Shown here piece by piece: positions 1 through 9,365 of a stretch of DNA of 64,000 bases; position 1 is the first letter of the stretch; every line of letters begins with the position of its first letter. The DNA lies in the IMG/VR virus record IMGVR_UViG_3300027808_002535, positions 1-64,000 of that record; one strand, given 5' to 3'. Position numbers and translations under genes: made by a program. The notes under the pieces are model-generated. The model searched no databases. It worked only from the letters and a program-made list of their open reading frames with translations, and had not been told where the DNA came from. Source of the stretch: a virus (Duplodnaviria > Caudoviricetes).

Positions 1-2
1 AA

Positions 3-1568
3 AGAACTCTATGGGGTGTGGTTGACGAAGATTTCAATATTAAAACAACTAGAACCGAGCCTGGAATTGATGCCGACATTAGTATAATAAGCGCAGACGA
101 CATATGGATGGAAGCAGGCGACGATATTGATCTTAAGGCAGACGGCACGGTTCGTATTACATCTGATAATGCTGCCGCCGGCCCCCAATGGCAATTTGGC
201 ACAGATGGTAATATAACATTCCCAGACAATACCATCTCAACTGGCAAGGGCATTACTATACCCGTAGATCAATCATTAACTGTTAACCTTTCTGCTAGCG
301 GGCCCGGACCCGAAGGGCTAAATAACACCTTTAAGATTAATCCAGAATCTATCAAGTTGCCAAATGGCAATGGCGTTATTTTTGCAGGAGATGAAACAGC
401 CGCAAACGAATGGGATTTAGATTCGAGTAATAAACGATTGAGTTTTCCAGATGCTGGCGACGGAGTTTATCCTAAGATACTCTACAGTGACCCTATCAAC
501 GACGACATTGGTATGGAGTTGCTGACTTTGGCCAAATCTATAAAGATAACAGCGGCATCAAATAAAAGTTGGACTTTTGGCACAGATGGTGATTTAACAT
601 TGCCAACTAGTAATTCAGGTGTTGGAATTATTCAATCCCCGGCTGGAATATGGCTTGATGCCAACGGAATGCTATTGCAATTTAGCAGTAACGGATCAGT
701 TGATTTCCCGTCAGTCAACGGAACCACTAGCCTTATTCGTTCTACTACTAGTACCACAATTAATTCAAATGGTAAGGAATGGTATTTTGGTCAAGATGGC
801 AAACTAACTGCTCCAGGAAATCTCCAAGTTGATGGCGGCAAAATAATTCTAAACTCAGCTGGTAATGCTTATGTTGAGTCAGTTGATTACGGAGTCAATA
901 GTGCCAACAGCGCAGTAAATATCTTTGGCGGACCTTACCAGAAAATTAAACTACGAGCTGGCTTTGGTACTGAAGCAACTTGGACGTTTGACACTGATGG
1001 TGACTTAACTGCTCCAAGAAATATCATATTAAACAATCCAGTTACCACTGTAACTGAAACGGAGACAGGAACTATAGCAGACTCTAATGCTAATCCGTTT
1101 ACATTTAGAATTTTGAAATCGGCTAATCCACAGTTGGTAATTCCTTTTGCTGATCCTAATTTCGTATTGAAATGGACTGCTGGTGATGCTGGGTCGTTGG
1201 CAGCGGCCGCACAAGCACCTGGTGGTCACGGAGTTAGTAGTTTAGTCAGCGACGATGGAACTTATTGGAACTTTAATAGCTGGTATGGATTGGGCGGGAA
1301 TAGACCAAACACTGGTACAGTATTCACTGTTGAGTATGGTGTTGTAGACAGTGATACAACTATATCTACAACTGAGACTAATTTAATAATTGAAGCAGAC
1401 GCTAAACAATGGACATTTGGCACAGACGGTGACTTAACATTGCCAGCAGGTGGGGATATTGTTGACAGTACAGGAGCAACAGCATTTGTTTCTTTAGCTA
1501 CTCTCAAACAAGTTGTTGCAATGAGTACAGACTTTGATGAATTCCGAACTAGAATTGCAGGTATGTAA
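3..1568 (+). CDS. Tail fibre/virion appendage-like protein with repeated WxFGxDGxLTxP motifs (5' end lies outside the window)
   Basis: Frame is open from the window start; Gly/Thr/Asn/Asp-rich; about 6 copies of W(T/Q/Y)FGTDG(D/N)LT(L/A)P; followed by a terminator. Confidence 0.6.
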   Translation, partial: RTLWGVVDEDFNIKTTRTEPGIDADISIISADDIWMEAGDDIDLKADGTVRITSDNAAAGPQWQFGTDGNITFPDNTISTGKGITIPVDQSLTVNLSASGPGPEGLNNTFKINPESIKLPNGNGVIFAGDETAANEWDLDSSNKRLSFPDAGDGVYPKILYSDPINDDIGMELLTLAKSIKITAASNKSWTFGTDGDLTLPTSNSGVGIIQSPAGIWLDANGMLLQFSSNGSVDFPSVNGTTSLIRSTTSTTINSNGKEWYFGQDGKLTAPGNLQVDGGKIILNSAGNAYVESVDYGVNSANSAVNIFGGPYQKIKLRAGFGTEATWTFDTDGDLTAPRNIILNNPVTTVTETETGTIADSNANPFTFRILKSANPQLVIPFADPNFVLKWTAGDAGSLAAAAQAPGGHGVSSLVSDDGTYWNFNSWYGLGGNRPNTGTVFTVEYGVVDSDTTISTTETNLIIEADAKQWTFGTDGDLTLPAGGDIVDSTGATAFVSLATLKQVVAMSTDFDEFRTRIAGM

Positions 1569-1589
1569 TAGAGCCCAGCTCACAATGAG

Positions 1590-1612
1590 AAAGCCCCGCA
1601 AGGGGCTTTTTT
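1590..1612 (+). terminator. Rho-independent terminator
   Basis: AAAGCCCC-GCAA-GGGGCTTT stem with GNRA loop followed by a T tract. Confidence 0.9.
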
Positions 1613-1651
1613 ACGACTATAATTTATATCAATTAAATGTATTATTTCTAA

Positions 1652-1657
1652 TAAATA
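1652..1657 (+). promoter_or_regulatory. Putative late promoter (TAAATA, T4 gp55-like)
   Basis: ATAAATA 28 nt before the ATG at 1680; the same motif precedes many genes in this window. Confidence 0.55.
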
Positions 1658-1679
1658 CTAGTTATATATTGGAGTTAGT

Positions 1680-2462
1680 ATGATATTAAATGAGGGCGGA
1701 GATGTATTTGCAGACACCGAAGAATATGACCAAAAAGAAGCCACCGCTTTACAGGCTGTTGTAGATAAGGAATTATCTTCTATGGGTCTATCATCCGTTA
1801 TGATTGGCAGCGGCTTTCATCCGACTCCAGGGCAAATGAGCGGAGACTTAGATCTACAAATAGAATTACAAGATATCATTGATCGTTTCGATGTACAACC
1901 TGACCCCACTGTTAAAAAAGATACTATAGAAAATGCTGCCCGCAGAACGCTGGCAGCACATCTACAAAGTAAAGGATATCAAACAAAACGAGCGGGTATA
2001 AATGTTTTTATGCGTGTTCCTTATCAAGGTAAGTTTTATCAAGTAGACTTGGAATGTATATACAAAGTAGCAAAAGTAAGCAAATATCATCAGCATAAAA
2101 TTCCTCAAGGTAGCACATACAAAGGAGTGGGCAAACAAATAATGATATCTATGTTGGCCAAAGAAAAAAATATGATGTGGAGTGGTTGGGAAGGTTTATT
2201 CCAACGTACTCCCGATAATAAAAAAGGCGACATGGTCGCCGATGACTTTGATGATATAGCAAAAGTATTACTTGGGCCGCAATACGGTGAAGAAGATTTA
2301 GGCAGTGTAGAATCTATATTGGCTGCGCTACCAAGTGCAAAAGCACAAGATTTATTGGCCAGAGCCAAGGCCGACAAAGCATGGAGAGAACGTGCGCCAC
2401 GTGTAGAAAGTCTGCGTGTTGGCACCAATGAATGGTTCCGTAATATGTTAAACAAATTATGA
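1680..2462 (+). CDS. Pol-beta-like nucleotidyltransferase, putative internal head protein
   Basis: IGSG...SGDLDL motif plus later QVDL acidic residue; N-terminus MILNE-GG resembles a prohead-protease site. Confidence 0.55.
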   Translation: MILNEGGDVFADTEEYDQKEATALQAVVDKELSSMGLSSVMIGSGFHPTPGQMSGDLDLQIELQDIIDRFDVQPDPTVKKDTIENAARRTLAAHLQSKGYQTKRAGINVFMRVPYQGKFYQVDLECIYKVAKVSKYHQHKIPQGSTYKGVGKQIMISMLAKEKNMMWSGWEGLFQRTPDNKKGDMVADDFDDIAKVLLGPQYGEEDLGSVESILAALPSAKAQDLLARAKADKAWRERAPRVESLRVGTNEWFRNMLNKL

Positions 2463-3118
2463 AAATAAACGACATTTTACGTGAGTACGATCGAGACTCT
2501 GCCAATAGTAAACAAATTATAGCAAAATTAAAACAGCTAGGGTACAAGAGTGTTGGCAGCGGCTATGATGCAACTGTATGGACCAAAGAAGAAGGCAGTG
2601 TTATTAAAATCATCATGCCGCAGGAGTTGTCTCGAGCAGAAGGAGACGCATCGTTTTTAGGGTTTTATGAGTTTTATACCACACATAAGAAGTCGCCATT
2701 CCTGCCAAGATTTATCAGCATTGGTGGCGCCGATCATACTGTGTTTACACTGAATGGAGTAGACTATAGACAAATATCAATGGAGAATCTTGAGCCCATT
2801 GTCAATAACAGCTTTATGGAACAGATGGTATGGGCACTCAGCGATTTGTCCATTATACCTTTTATGAAATGGAGAGACGCTAAAGAGCAACTGCTTGACT
2901 CTGAGTTTTGGACAAATTTTGAAGGACCGGGCAGAGAAAGCGACATCGTAAAAGGACTAAGTAATTCAGCAGTAGAGAAAATGTATGCAAGTTTATTTGC
3001 AGTAATGCAAGAGCTTTTTCAATTTGGAAAAAGTCAAGGACTGGGTTGGGATTTACACACTGAAAATGTCATGCGTCGTGGCGACACACCAGTTATCACT
3101 GACCCGTTTACCGGATAA
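2459..3118 (+). CDS. Protein-kinase-like fold enzyme
   Basis: VGSGYDATV Gly loop, VIKI lysine, DLHTENVM catalytic loop, VITDP. Confidence 0.7.
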   Translation: MKINDILREYDRDSANSKQIIAKLKQLGYKSVGSGYDATVWTKEEGSVIKIIMPQELSRAEGDASFLGFYEFYTTHKKSPFLPRFISIGGADHTVFTLNGVDYRQISMENLEPIVNNSFMEQMVWALSDLSIIPFMKWRDAKEQLLDSEFWTNFEGPGRESDIVKGLSNSAVEKMYASLFAVMQELFQFGKSQGLGWDLHTENVMRRGDTPVITDPFTG

Positions 3119-3122
3119 TAGT

Positions 3123-3551
3123 ATGCTAATTAAAGAATTAACAGAAAACGAAGAGACAACAAGAATCAAACTAGCTGACAATTCGGCCGCCAAGTCTTGG
3201 ATTCAAAAAGTCTATGATTTATATCCGCAACAGTTTCAAAACAATCACGTCATGCCCATGGGTGGTCAAGGCGATGATCAACAGTTTGCCATGTTTGAAC
3301 TTGTTCCAAGTTTTAGCAAACGTGGCGCAGTGGAAGTAAAATGGTTTCAAGCATATCCGCTACGTGCAGGAGTAGGCAGTCGTGCCATGAAAGAATTACA
3401 GAGCTTGGCCAGTGAAGATGGTATTGCACTTACATTATTCCCATGGGATAAAGGACAAGTCAGTCAAAGTAAGCTAACCAAGTTCTACCGAGGTCGGGGA
3501 TTTAAGCCCGCTGTCAAAGGCAGCAAAAGTATGCAATGGAGTCCTGAATGA
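3123..3551 (+). CDS. GNAT-family acetyltransferase
   Basis: RAGVGSRAM (motif A) and LTKFYRGRGF (motif B); start taken at MLIKEL. Confidence 0.7.
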   Translation: MLIKELTENEETTRIKLADNSAAKSWIQKVYDLYPQQFQNNHVMPMGGQGDDQQFAMFELVPSFSKRGAVEVKWFQAYPLRAGVGSRAMKELQSLASEDGIALTLFPWDKGQVSQSKLTKFYRGRGFKPAVKGSKSMQWSPE

Positions 3552-4696
3552 GATTATTGGAACTAAAAGAATTAATGGAAGCAGTGGATCCCAAGCTGGG
3601 TCGTGCTTTTAATCACTTAGAGGATCTTGTATTCTTCTATGGCAGTGCTGGTACCATTGAAGCATTGGAACATTTAAAAGATATGAACACAGAACAAGGT
3701 AGTGGCAGTGTGCGTATGAAGTGGGATGGTAATCCTCAAATCTATTGGGGGCGTGAGCGTGGTGTATTTGTTCCTCCGCATGGTCATAATCAGTGGAGTC
3801 GACGTGCAAAGCCTGCTAATCCAACGGATGTATCAGACTTTATTATGTCTAGTGGTAAAGCGGTTACTCCAGAAGAGGTTGCAGGCCGTCAGCAGTTTGC
3901 AGATAAGTTTGCTAGCTTGGCAACATTGTTTGAACCGGGTACTCCCAAAGATTTAGATGGTAACAGTACATTTTATGTATATGCTGATTCTCTATTTTTA
4001 AGTCCACCGGAGTTAGTGGATGGTGTTTATAGTTTCCATCCTAATCCAAAAAGTCAAACAACATATCATGTGCGAGCAGACAGTGATCTAGGACGTAGAA
4101 TTGCAGGTGCAGAAGTTATGGTTGTTGGCCATGCTTACTTTACTGAACACGGTGCTCCAGATTCGGCACAGATTCCCATCAAAGACTTTACAATGTTTAA
4201 TGCTAATCCAAAATTAATTGTATTAGGCCCTATATACAATGTAGCACCGGTTCAAGTTGATAATAGTATGATATCGCAAGTAGAGAATCACATCAAGCAA
4301 CATGCCAAGCAAGTTGATACATTCTTACAAGGTGTACCCGGATTAAGTGACTTAAAGCAGATCATTTATAACTATGTAAATCAAAGTGCAAAAGCAAAAC
4401 AGTTAGATAATTTAAGCACACCGCATTTCTTTCAATGGATGACCAGTAAAGTCAGTGTGCCAAAACAAGCAAAGATCAAAGAATTAGATTCAGCACAGAA
4501 CAATGTATTAGAAGAAATATTTAAAATTGTTCGTGCTGTACAAATATTAAAAGACCATGTCATTGACCAAATTGAAGCAGGACCAAAAGCAGATATCTGG
4601 GATACAAATGGCGAAGGCCGTGTGCGTTATGCAGATGGCAATAAACAATTCGGCAACGTGAAGTTTGTACCGAGAAAAAGGTGGACACCAGGATGA
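3548..4696 (+). CDS. Conserved phage protein with KWDG motif (DUF6267-like; possible RNA-ligase-type nucleotidyltransferase)
   Basis: HLEDL, MKWDG (KxDG adenylation-like motif), GEGRV and KFVPR near the C-terminus. Confidence 0.55.
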   Translation: MRLLELKELMEAVDPKLGRAFNHLEDLVFFYGSAGTIEALEHLKDMNTEQGSGSVRMKWDGNPQIYWGRERGVFVPPHGHNQWSRRAKPANPTDVSDFIMSSGKAVTPEEVAGRQQFADKFASLATLFEPGTPKDLDGNSTFYVYADSLFLSPPELVDGVYSFHPNPKSQTTYHVRADSDLGRRIAGAEVMVVGHAYFTEHGAPDSAQIPIKDFTMFNANPKLIVLGPIYNVAPVQVDNSMISQVENHIKQHAKQVDTFLQGVPGLSDLKQIIYNYVNQSAKAKQLDNLSTPHFFQWMTSKVSVPKQAKIKELDSAQNNVLEEIFKIVRAVQILKDHVIDQIEAGPKADIWDTNGEGRVRYADGNKQFGNVKFVPRKRWTPG

Positions 4697-6453
4697 AAAT
4701 AAATCAAGTATTAGTAGAATCAACAGGTGCCACAGTGGCATTTGCCTTTGGCAGATTTAATCCTGCACATCAAGGACACATAGAAGTATGGCGCACAGTG
4801 GAACAAGCTGGCGCAAATTGGTTCATTGGAACTAATGCCACTACTCTTGGTCCTAACGATCCACTGACCTTTGAGCAAAAGTCTGCTTGGATGACGGAGA
4901 TATATCCCGCCATTCAAGGACATATTGTAGCACAGACCAGCGTATTGACATTGGCAGCTTATATCTTTAAGAAGACACGTAAAAATGAACGTGCCACAGT
5001 TGCGTATATCACCGATGCCGCTGACTGGGCTTGGAGTGGTAAATTATTAAATCAATACAATGGTGTAGAAGGTGCTCACGGTTATTATAAGTTTGCACAA
5101 ATCATTCATGAGCCAAGTCCCCGTGTAAGTAGTGCCACAGCATTGCGTGATGCGGCTCGTGCTGATGACAGAGTTGCGTTCTATCACGCCAGTGGCACAG
5201 ATCCTAAATCAAAGGTCGCAGGACTAACATACTTTGACACAGTTAAACAAGCAGTTGAGAAATATCCATTACCAGTTAAACGTGTTAAGAAGGTTAAAGA
5301 GCAAGGTGTGGCGGAAGGTGATGTTTTGCCATTTAAACGTCCTGGATTAATGCAACAATTAAAAAAATTAGTTATACCAAATAAAGAAAAATCGCCAACA
5401 AAAAAACAATCTCCTGTATATAATCCAAAAGAATTTAGAAATGACGAACCCAAAGAAGGTGTGGCGGAAGGCTCGGATACAGAAACTAACTATGATGGCA
5501 ACTTATTAGTGTCATTGATACAGAATTATACTCCACAAAGTTATGCTGGCGATCAAATCAAACAAGATCTCAGTGACCCTGCCTCATTGCCCTTTCACCT
5601 GGCCGATGTAGTTGGCTTGATAGATGAAATATTTTATGAATCTTTGGAAAATGGCAGCGAAGGTGTTGTTCTCCCTGATGAGAAACAAGACTTGAGATTT
5701 TTCTATCAGGCGGCTAAGAAATCTCAAAAGCAAGGCATGGCGGAAGAACAACAAACAGTAGCCAAGACTTGGGATCAAATGACAAGTCAAGAGAAACTAA
5801 GTGGTGTTAAAGGTCGCACAGTATGGAATGAAAAGACACAGAGATACTATACAGTATTTGATGTTCCTACAAAACAAGAAACAGATGAAGGCTGGCTTAA
5901 AAATACTGCCGCAGGCCTTGCTTTAGGGGCAGCCGCCATTGGTGGTGCGCAGGCCGGCACTTCTATGGATGATCCTAGTTGGCATTCAGGTCAATACGCA
6001 AGTCATGTAAAATCTGATCAAACTATACAAAAACAAACAGGAAGCCCTTCTGTCAATCAAAAGAGAATTTCAGATGTTACTGGACCAAATGCTGATGGCG
6101 AATATCGTATAACAGTAACACAAAATGGAAAAATTGCCAGTCAATATATAACTAAAACGCCACCACCCGATTGGATGATGAAAGAACAAGATTTGGACGA
6201 AGCAAGTTTAGCAACTATGCGTGATTACTTTGCTGGTGATCTAAATGCTCAAGATCCTACCACATTGGCAAAACAACGTACTTGGTTTGATAAAAACAAA
6301 GATAAAAACGGGCGACCCACTGTAGATAAAAGATTTAGAAGTCCGGAACAATTTCAACTATGGTTAAAACAAAACAAATTAAAACAGATTTCCAGTGCCA
6401 ATGAATCTACAAATGACAAAGGTTGGTCTTTGACTAACAAGAAACAACAATGA
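4693..6453 (+). CDS. HxGH cytidylyl/nucleotidyltransferase-like domain fused to a mosaic C-terminal tail
   Basis: FGRFNPAHQGH and VSSATALR motifs; C-terminal segments separated by GVAEG/GMAEE linkers. Confidence 0.75.
   Translation: MKINQVLVESTGATVAFAFGRFNPAHQGHIEVWRTVEQAGANWFIGTNATTLGPNDPLTFEQKSAWMTEIYPAIQGHIVAQTSVLTLAAYIFKKTRKNERATVAYITDAADWAWSGKLLNQYNGVEGAHGYYKFAQIIHEPSPRVSSATALRDAARADDRVAFYHASGTDPKSKVAGLTYFDTVKQAVEKYPLPVKRVKKVKEQGVAEGDVLPFKRPGLMQQLKKLVIPNKEKSPTKKQSPVYNPKEFRNDEPKEGVAEGSDTETNYDGNLLVSLIQNYTPQSYAGDQIKQDLSDPASLPFHLADVVGLIDEIFYESLENGSEGVVLPDEKQDLRFFYQAAKKSQKQGMAEEQQTVAKTWDQMTSQEKLSGVKGRTVWNEKTQRYYTVFDVPTKQETDEGWLKNTAAGLALGAAAIGGAQAGTSMDDPSWHSGQYASHVKSDQTIQKQTGSPSVNQKRISDVTGPNADGEYRITVTQNGKIASQYITKTPPPDWMMKEQDLDEASLATMRDYFAGDLNAQDPTTLAKQRTWFDKNKDKNGRPTVDKRFRSPEQFQLWLKQNKLKQISSANESTNDKGWSLTNKKQQ
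5302..5318 (+). repeat. QGVAE linker repeat, copy 1
   Basis: CAAGGTGTGGCGGAAGG. Confidence 0.85.
5455..5471 (+). repeat. QGVAE linker repeat, copy 2
   Basis: GAAGGTGTGGCGGAAGG. Confidence 0.85.
5731..5747 (+). repeat. QGMAE linker repeat, copy 3
   Basis: CAAGGCATGGCGGAAGA. Confidence 0.85.
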
Positions 6454-6707
6454 GACGAGTAAATCAAACTTATACAACTATTGATGTTATCGTAGACGAT
6501 TACGATGAAACAATCATTGCCAAGTTAAAACAACGTTATCCTGCTTTATCTATAGCAAGAGTAAATGCCACTAGATTTAATAAAGATTCAACTAACTTGT
6601 TAAAGTTTTATATATATCATTGGCTACACAATGATTACAAAACTGTGATCTTTGATATACATAATTATTACAATAAATATAAGATTACAACGAAAGTCGT
6701 ATCATGA
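6450..6707 (+). CDS. Hypothetical protein
   Basis: 85 aa ORF with ATGA overlaps at both ends. Confidence 0.5.
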   Translation: MRRVNQTYTTIDVIVDDYDETIIAKLKQRYPALSIARVNATRFNKDSTNLLKFYIYHWLHNDYKTVIFDIHNYYNKYKITTKVVS

Positions 6708-9364
6708 AATACTTAGAACTAAAAGAACAATTACTCAACGAAATAAACATGAGCCCCAGTGCTCTACGTCGTGCTGCCAAAGATATCGGCGCCAAGGCAG
6801 GCATGGAATTTGAAATGATTGTTCCGGGTGCTGCCGAAAGTGATGAAGGTGATGACTACCAAGAACCAGACTACGAACAAGATGAAAGCGTTCGCAGTAT
6901 TCAAGATGCCTATGATTTCTTCTACGATGGTGATTTTAATAGTCGTAGAGATGCAGAACGCCTACGTGATCAAATGACAGATAACTATACTGATTGGCTG
7001 GGCACTCAATCTGGAGATCGATGGGAATCAGATAAAGAAGAAATGATATATGATTGGCTGCGCTATAATGCCGCGCCCAGCGATGTATTTGGTATACTAG
7101 AAGTAGCTGCCAGCGCCAGCGGAGATTATCCTGATCCCTCTAAAGAAGATTACAGAAATGCTGCCGCCAAAGTCTCAGAAGATAGAATAGATCCATGGTA
7201 TGACGATGCTTATCAAGATTTTACTAACAATTTCTACAGAGATGCAGACATGGAAAGTGAATGGCTCGAACATGAAGCTATGGAAAGTATGGTTGACGTG
7301 GAACAGAATTATAACATTGTTTGGCCACATTATCATAATCCAGATACCAGCGGAGGTGACGTTAGTATACAAGATGCCGCTGATAGTTTTAGTCGTGCCA
7401 TTGGTAAAGAAGTACAAGCCAGCGACAATTATCACAGCCGTAGTATAACAAGACCCAGTGCCACAGAATTACACTATGTTGTAGAACCTGATGGCAGTTT
7501 AGAAGCAGATGAGTCCGGAGACGGCGGCTTAGAATTTGTCAGTCCAGCATTGCCCATTGATGAATTATTGGATGACTTGAAAAAAGTTAAAGCATGGGCA
7601 GATAAGTTTGGCTGTTATACAAATGACAGCACGGGCTTACACATCAATGTCAGTGTTCCAGCTTGGCAGGGTGACTTACAAAACTTAGATTATGTCAAAC
7701 TTGCTATTCTAATGGGCGACGAATATGTTTTAGAAAACTTTGGTCGCAGTGGTAACACTTATGCCAAAAGCGCATTAAAGATTGTTAAAGATAATATCAC
7801 ACAGCGTCCAGAAGATGTCAAACGTTTGTTAGACACTATGAAAGAGCACTTAAACACCAGTGCCGCAAAATTAATACACAGTGGCAGCACAAGCAAGTAT
7901 ACCAGTGTTAATACCAAAGACGGATATATCGAATTCCGTAGTCCAGGCGGCGATTGGTTAAACAGTAACTTTGACAAGATTGAAACAACATTGTTGCGTT
8001 TTGTTGTTGCCATGGATGCTGCCGCAGACGAAACAAAATACAAAGAAGAATACGCCAAGAAACTTTATAAGTTATTAGCAGGCAATGACAAAGATACTAC
8101 AAATACCATGGTTTATTTTGCCAAGTATGCCGCAGGTGAATTACCTCAAAGTGCATTGAAGAGTTTTATTAAACAAGCACAGTTTGAACGTAAGGCAGGC
8201 AAAGAACCCAACGGTAAGAAAATGTGGTATCGTGTTGATTTGAATGGCCGTGGAAAGAGTGGTGCCAGCGTTGAAGTTGTTGCTACATCAAAAGAAGAAG
8301 CATTACAAAAAGCAGCCAGTAGCTGGAACCAGAAATTAAGTGCATTAGCCGCTGCCGCTGTTTATCCAGTTCGCCCATTTGACGATAATGCTGACAACTG
8401 GGAAGTATATGACGGAAATACCGGAAATACACTGGGTACATTTAAAAGTGCAGACGCCGATGGAACAATGGACAACTATGATGCAACTAGCGCAGATTAT
8501 AGAAGCTGGCGTTATGCCAATGGTATTAGTAACACTTCTTCAGTGAACTTATATCGTCGTCCTAGATTTGACAAGAACCGTTATGAATTGTTTAACTTGG
8601 ATAGAAATAGAAGATTGTCATCTCCGGTTCCTATAGATGTTACAACAGATGAACAAGCACTGACTTTCTTAGATGATTATATTAATCACGGCCCGCATGA
8701 ACTACAACCAAGCCAAGCAAAACGTATGTTTGGTATAAGACGTTGGGGTGATTCTGTTGCTGAACCTATACTAGCAAATCCATTCCGTGCCACAGCAGGT
8801 GAGCCACAACCAGCTGGTAGTGTCGGTACAGTACCTTTAGCACGTGAACCCTTACCTAGTAGACTCATGACGCCTTTTGTTTGGAGGGTTTTCGGATCAA
8901 ATGATTCTCCATATCAAAGACAGGGTGTAGAAGTTGTTGCTTTTGATGAATTTGAAGCGATGCAACAAGTTAGACGTGAATGGAATTTAAACACAAATGG
9001 GGCAACTGAAGCAGAGTTTTTTAGAGCTAATGGATGGCGTGCAACTCCTGATCGTCCTGCTAGTTCAGGAAGGCCTGGCGCTGTAAGACCTATTCCCGGC
9101 GTTATTGATATTGAGCCTGATATAGAACAGAACTTTACACCTGTACCAGGTAGCACAACAGACTTACAGCAACAACGTGCAACACCTGGTACGTTTACAG
9201 GTGCTTGGAAAGTAATGAATGTCGACACTGGACAAGAATTATATAGATTCAGCGGCATTGGTAATTCGCAGTCAGATGCTAATGGTGTCGCTTTACAATG
9301 GATAAGACAACATGCCCCGAACACAGACTTGGTACAAATTGAAGTTGTGCCCATAATGAGCTAA
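6704..9364 (+). CDS. Putative amidoligase (COOH-NH2 ligase-type) with acidic insertion and repeated C-terminal modules
   Basis: GMEFE, EPDGSL, GLEFVSP, STGLHINVS, KY.SVN and YIEFRSPGG motifs. Confidence 0.75.
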   Translation: MKYLELKEQLLNEINMSPSALRRAAKDIGAKAGMEFEMIVPGAAESDEGDDYQEPDYEQDESVRSIQDAYDFFYDGDFNSRRDAERLRDQMTDNYTDWLGTQSGDRWESDKEEMIYDWLRYNAAPSDVFGILEVAASASGDYPDPSKEDYRNAAAKVSEDRIDPWYDDAYQDFTNNFYRDADMESEWLEHEAMESMVDVEQNYNIVWPHYHNPDTSGGDVSIQDAADSFSRAIGKEVQASDNYHSRSITRPSATELHYVVEPDGSLEADESGDGGLEFVSPALPIDELLDDLKKVKAWADKFGCYTNDSTGLHINVSVPAWQGDLQNLDYVKLAILMGDEYVLENFGRSGNTYAKSALKIVKDNITQRPEDVKRLLDTMKEHLNTSAAKLIHSGSTSKYTSVNTKDGYIEFRSPGGDWLNSNFDKIETTLLRFVVAMDAAADETKYKEEYAKKLYKLLAGNDKDTTNTMVYFAKYAAGELPQSALKSFIKQAQFERKAGKEPNGKKMWYRVDLNGRGKSGASVEVVATSKEEALQKAASSWNQKLSALAAAAVYPVRPFDDNADNWEVYDGNTGNTLGTFKSADADGTMDNYDATSADYRSWRYANGISNTSSVNLYRRPRFDKNRYELFNLDRNRRLSSPVPIDVTTDEQALTFLDDYINHGPHELQPSQAKRMFGIRRWGDSVAEPILANPFRATAGEPQPAGSVGTVPLAREPLPSRLMTPFVWRVFGSNDSPYQRQGVEVVAFDEFEAMQQVRREWNLNTNGATEAEFFRANGWRATPDRPASSGRPGAVRPIPGVIDIEPDIEQNFTPVPGSTTDLQQQRATPGTFTGAWKVMNVDTGQELYRFSGIGNSQSDANGVALQWIRQHAPNTDLVQIEVVPIMS

Positions 9365-9365
9365 T

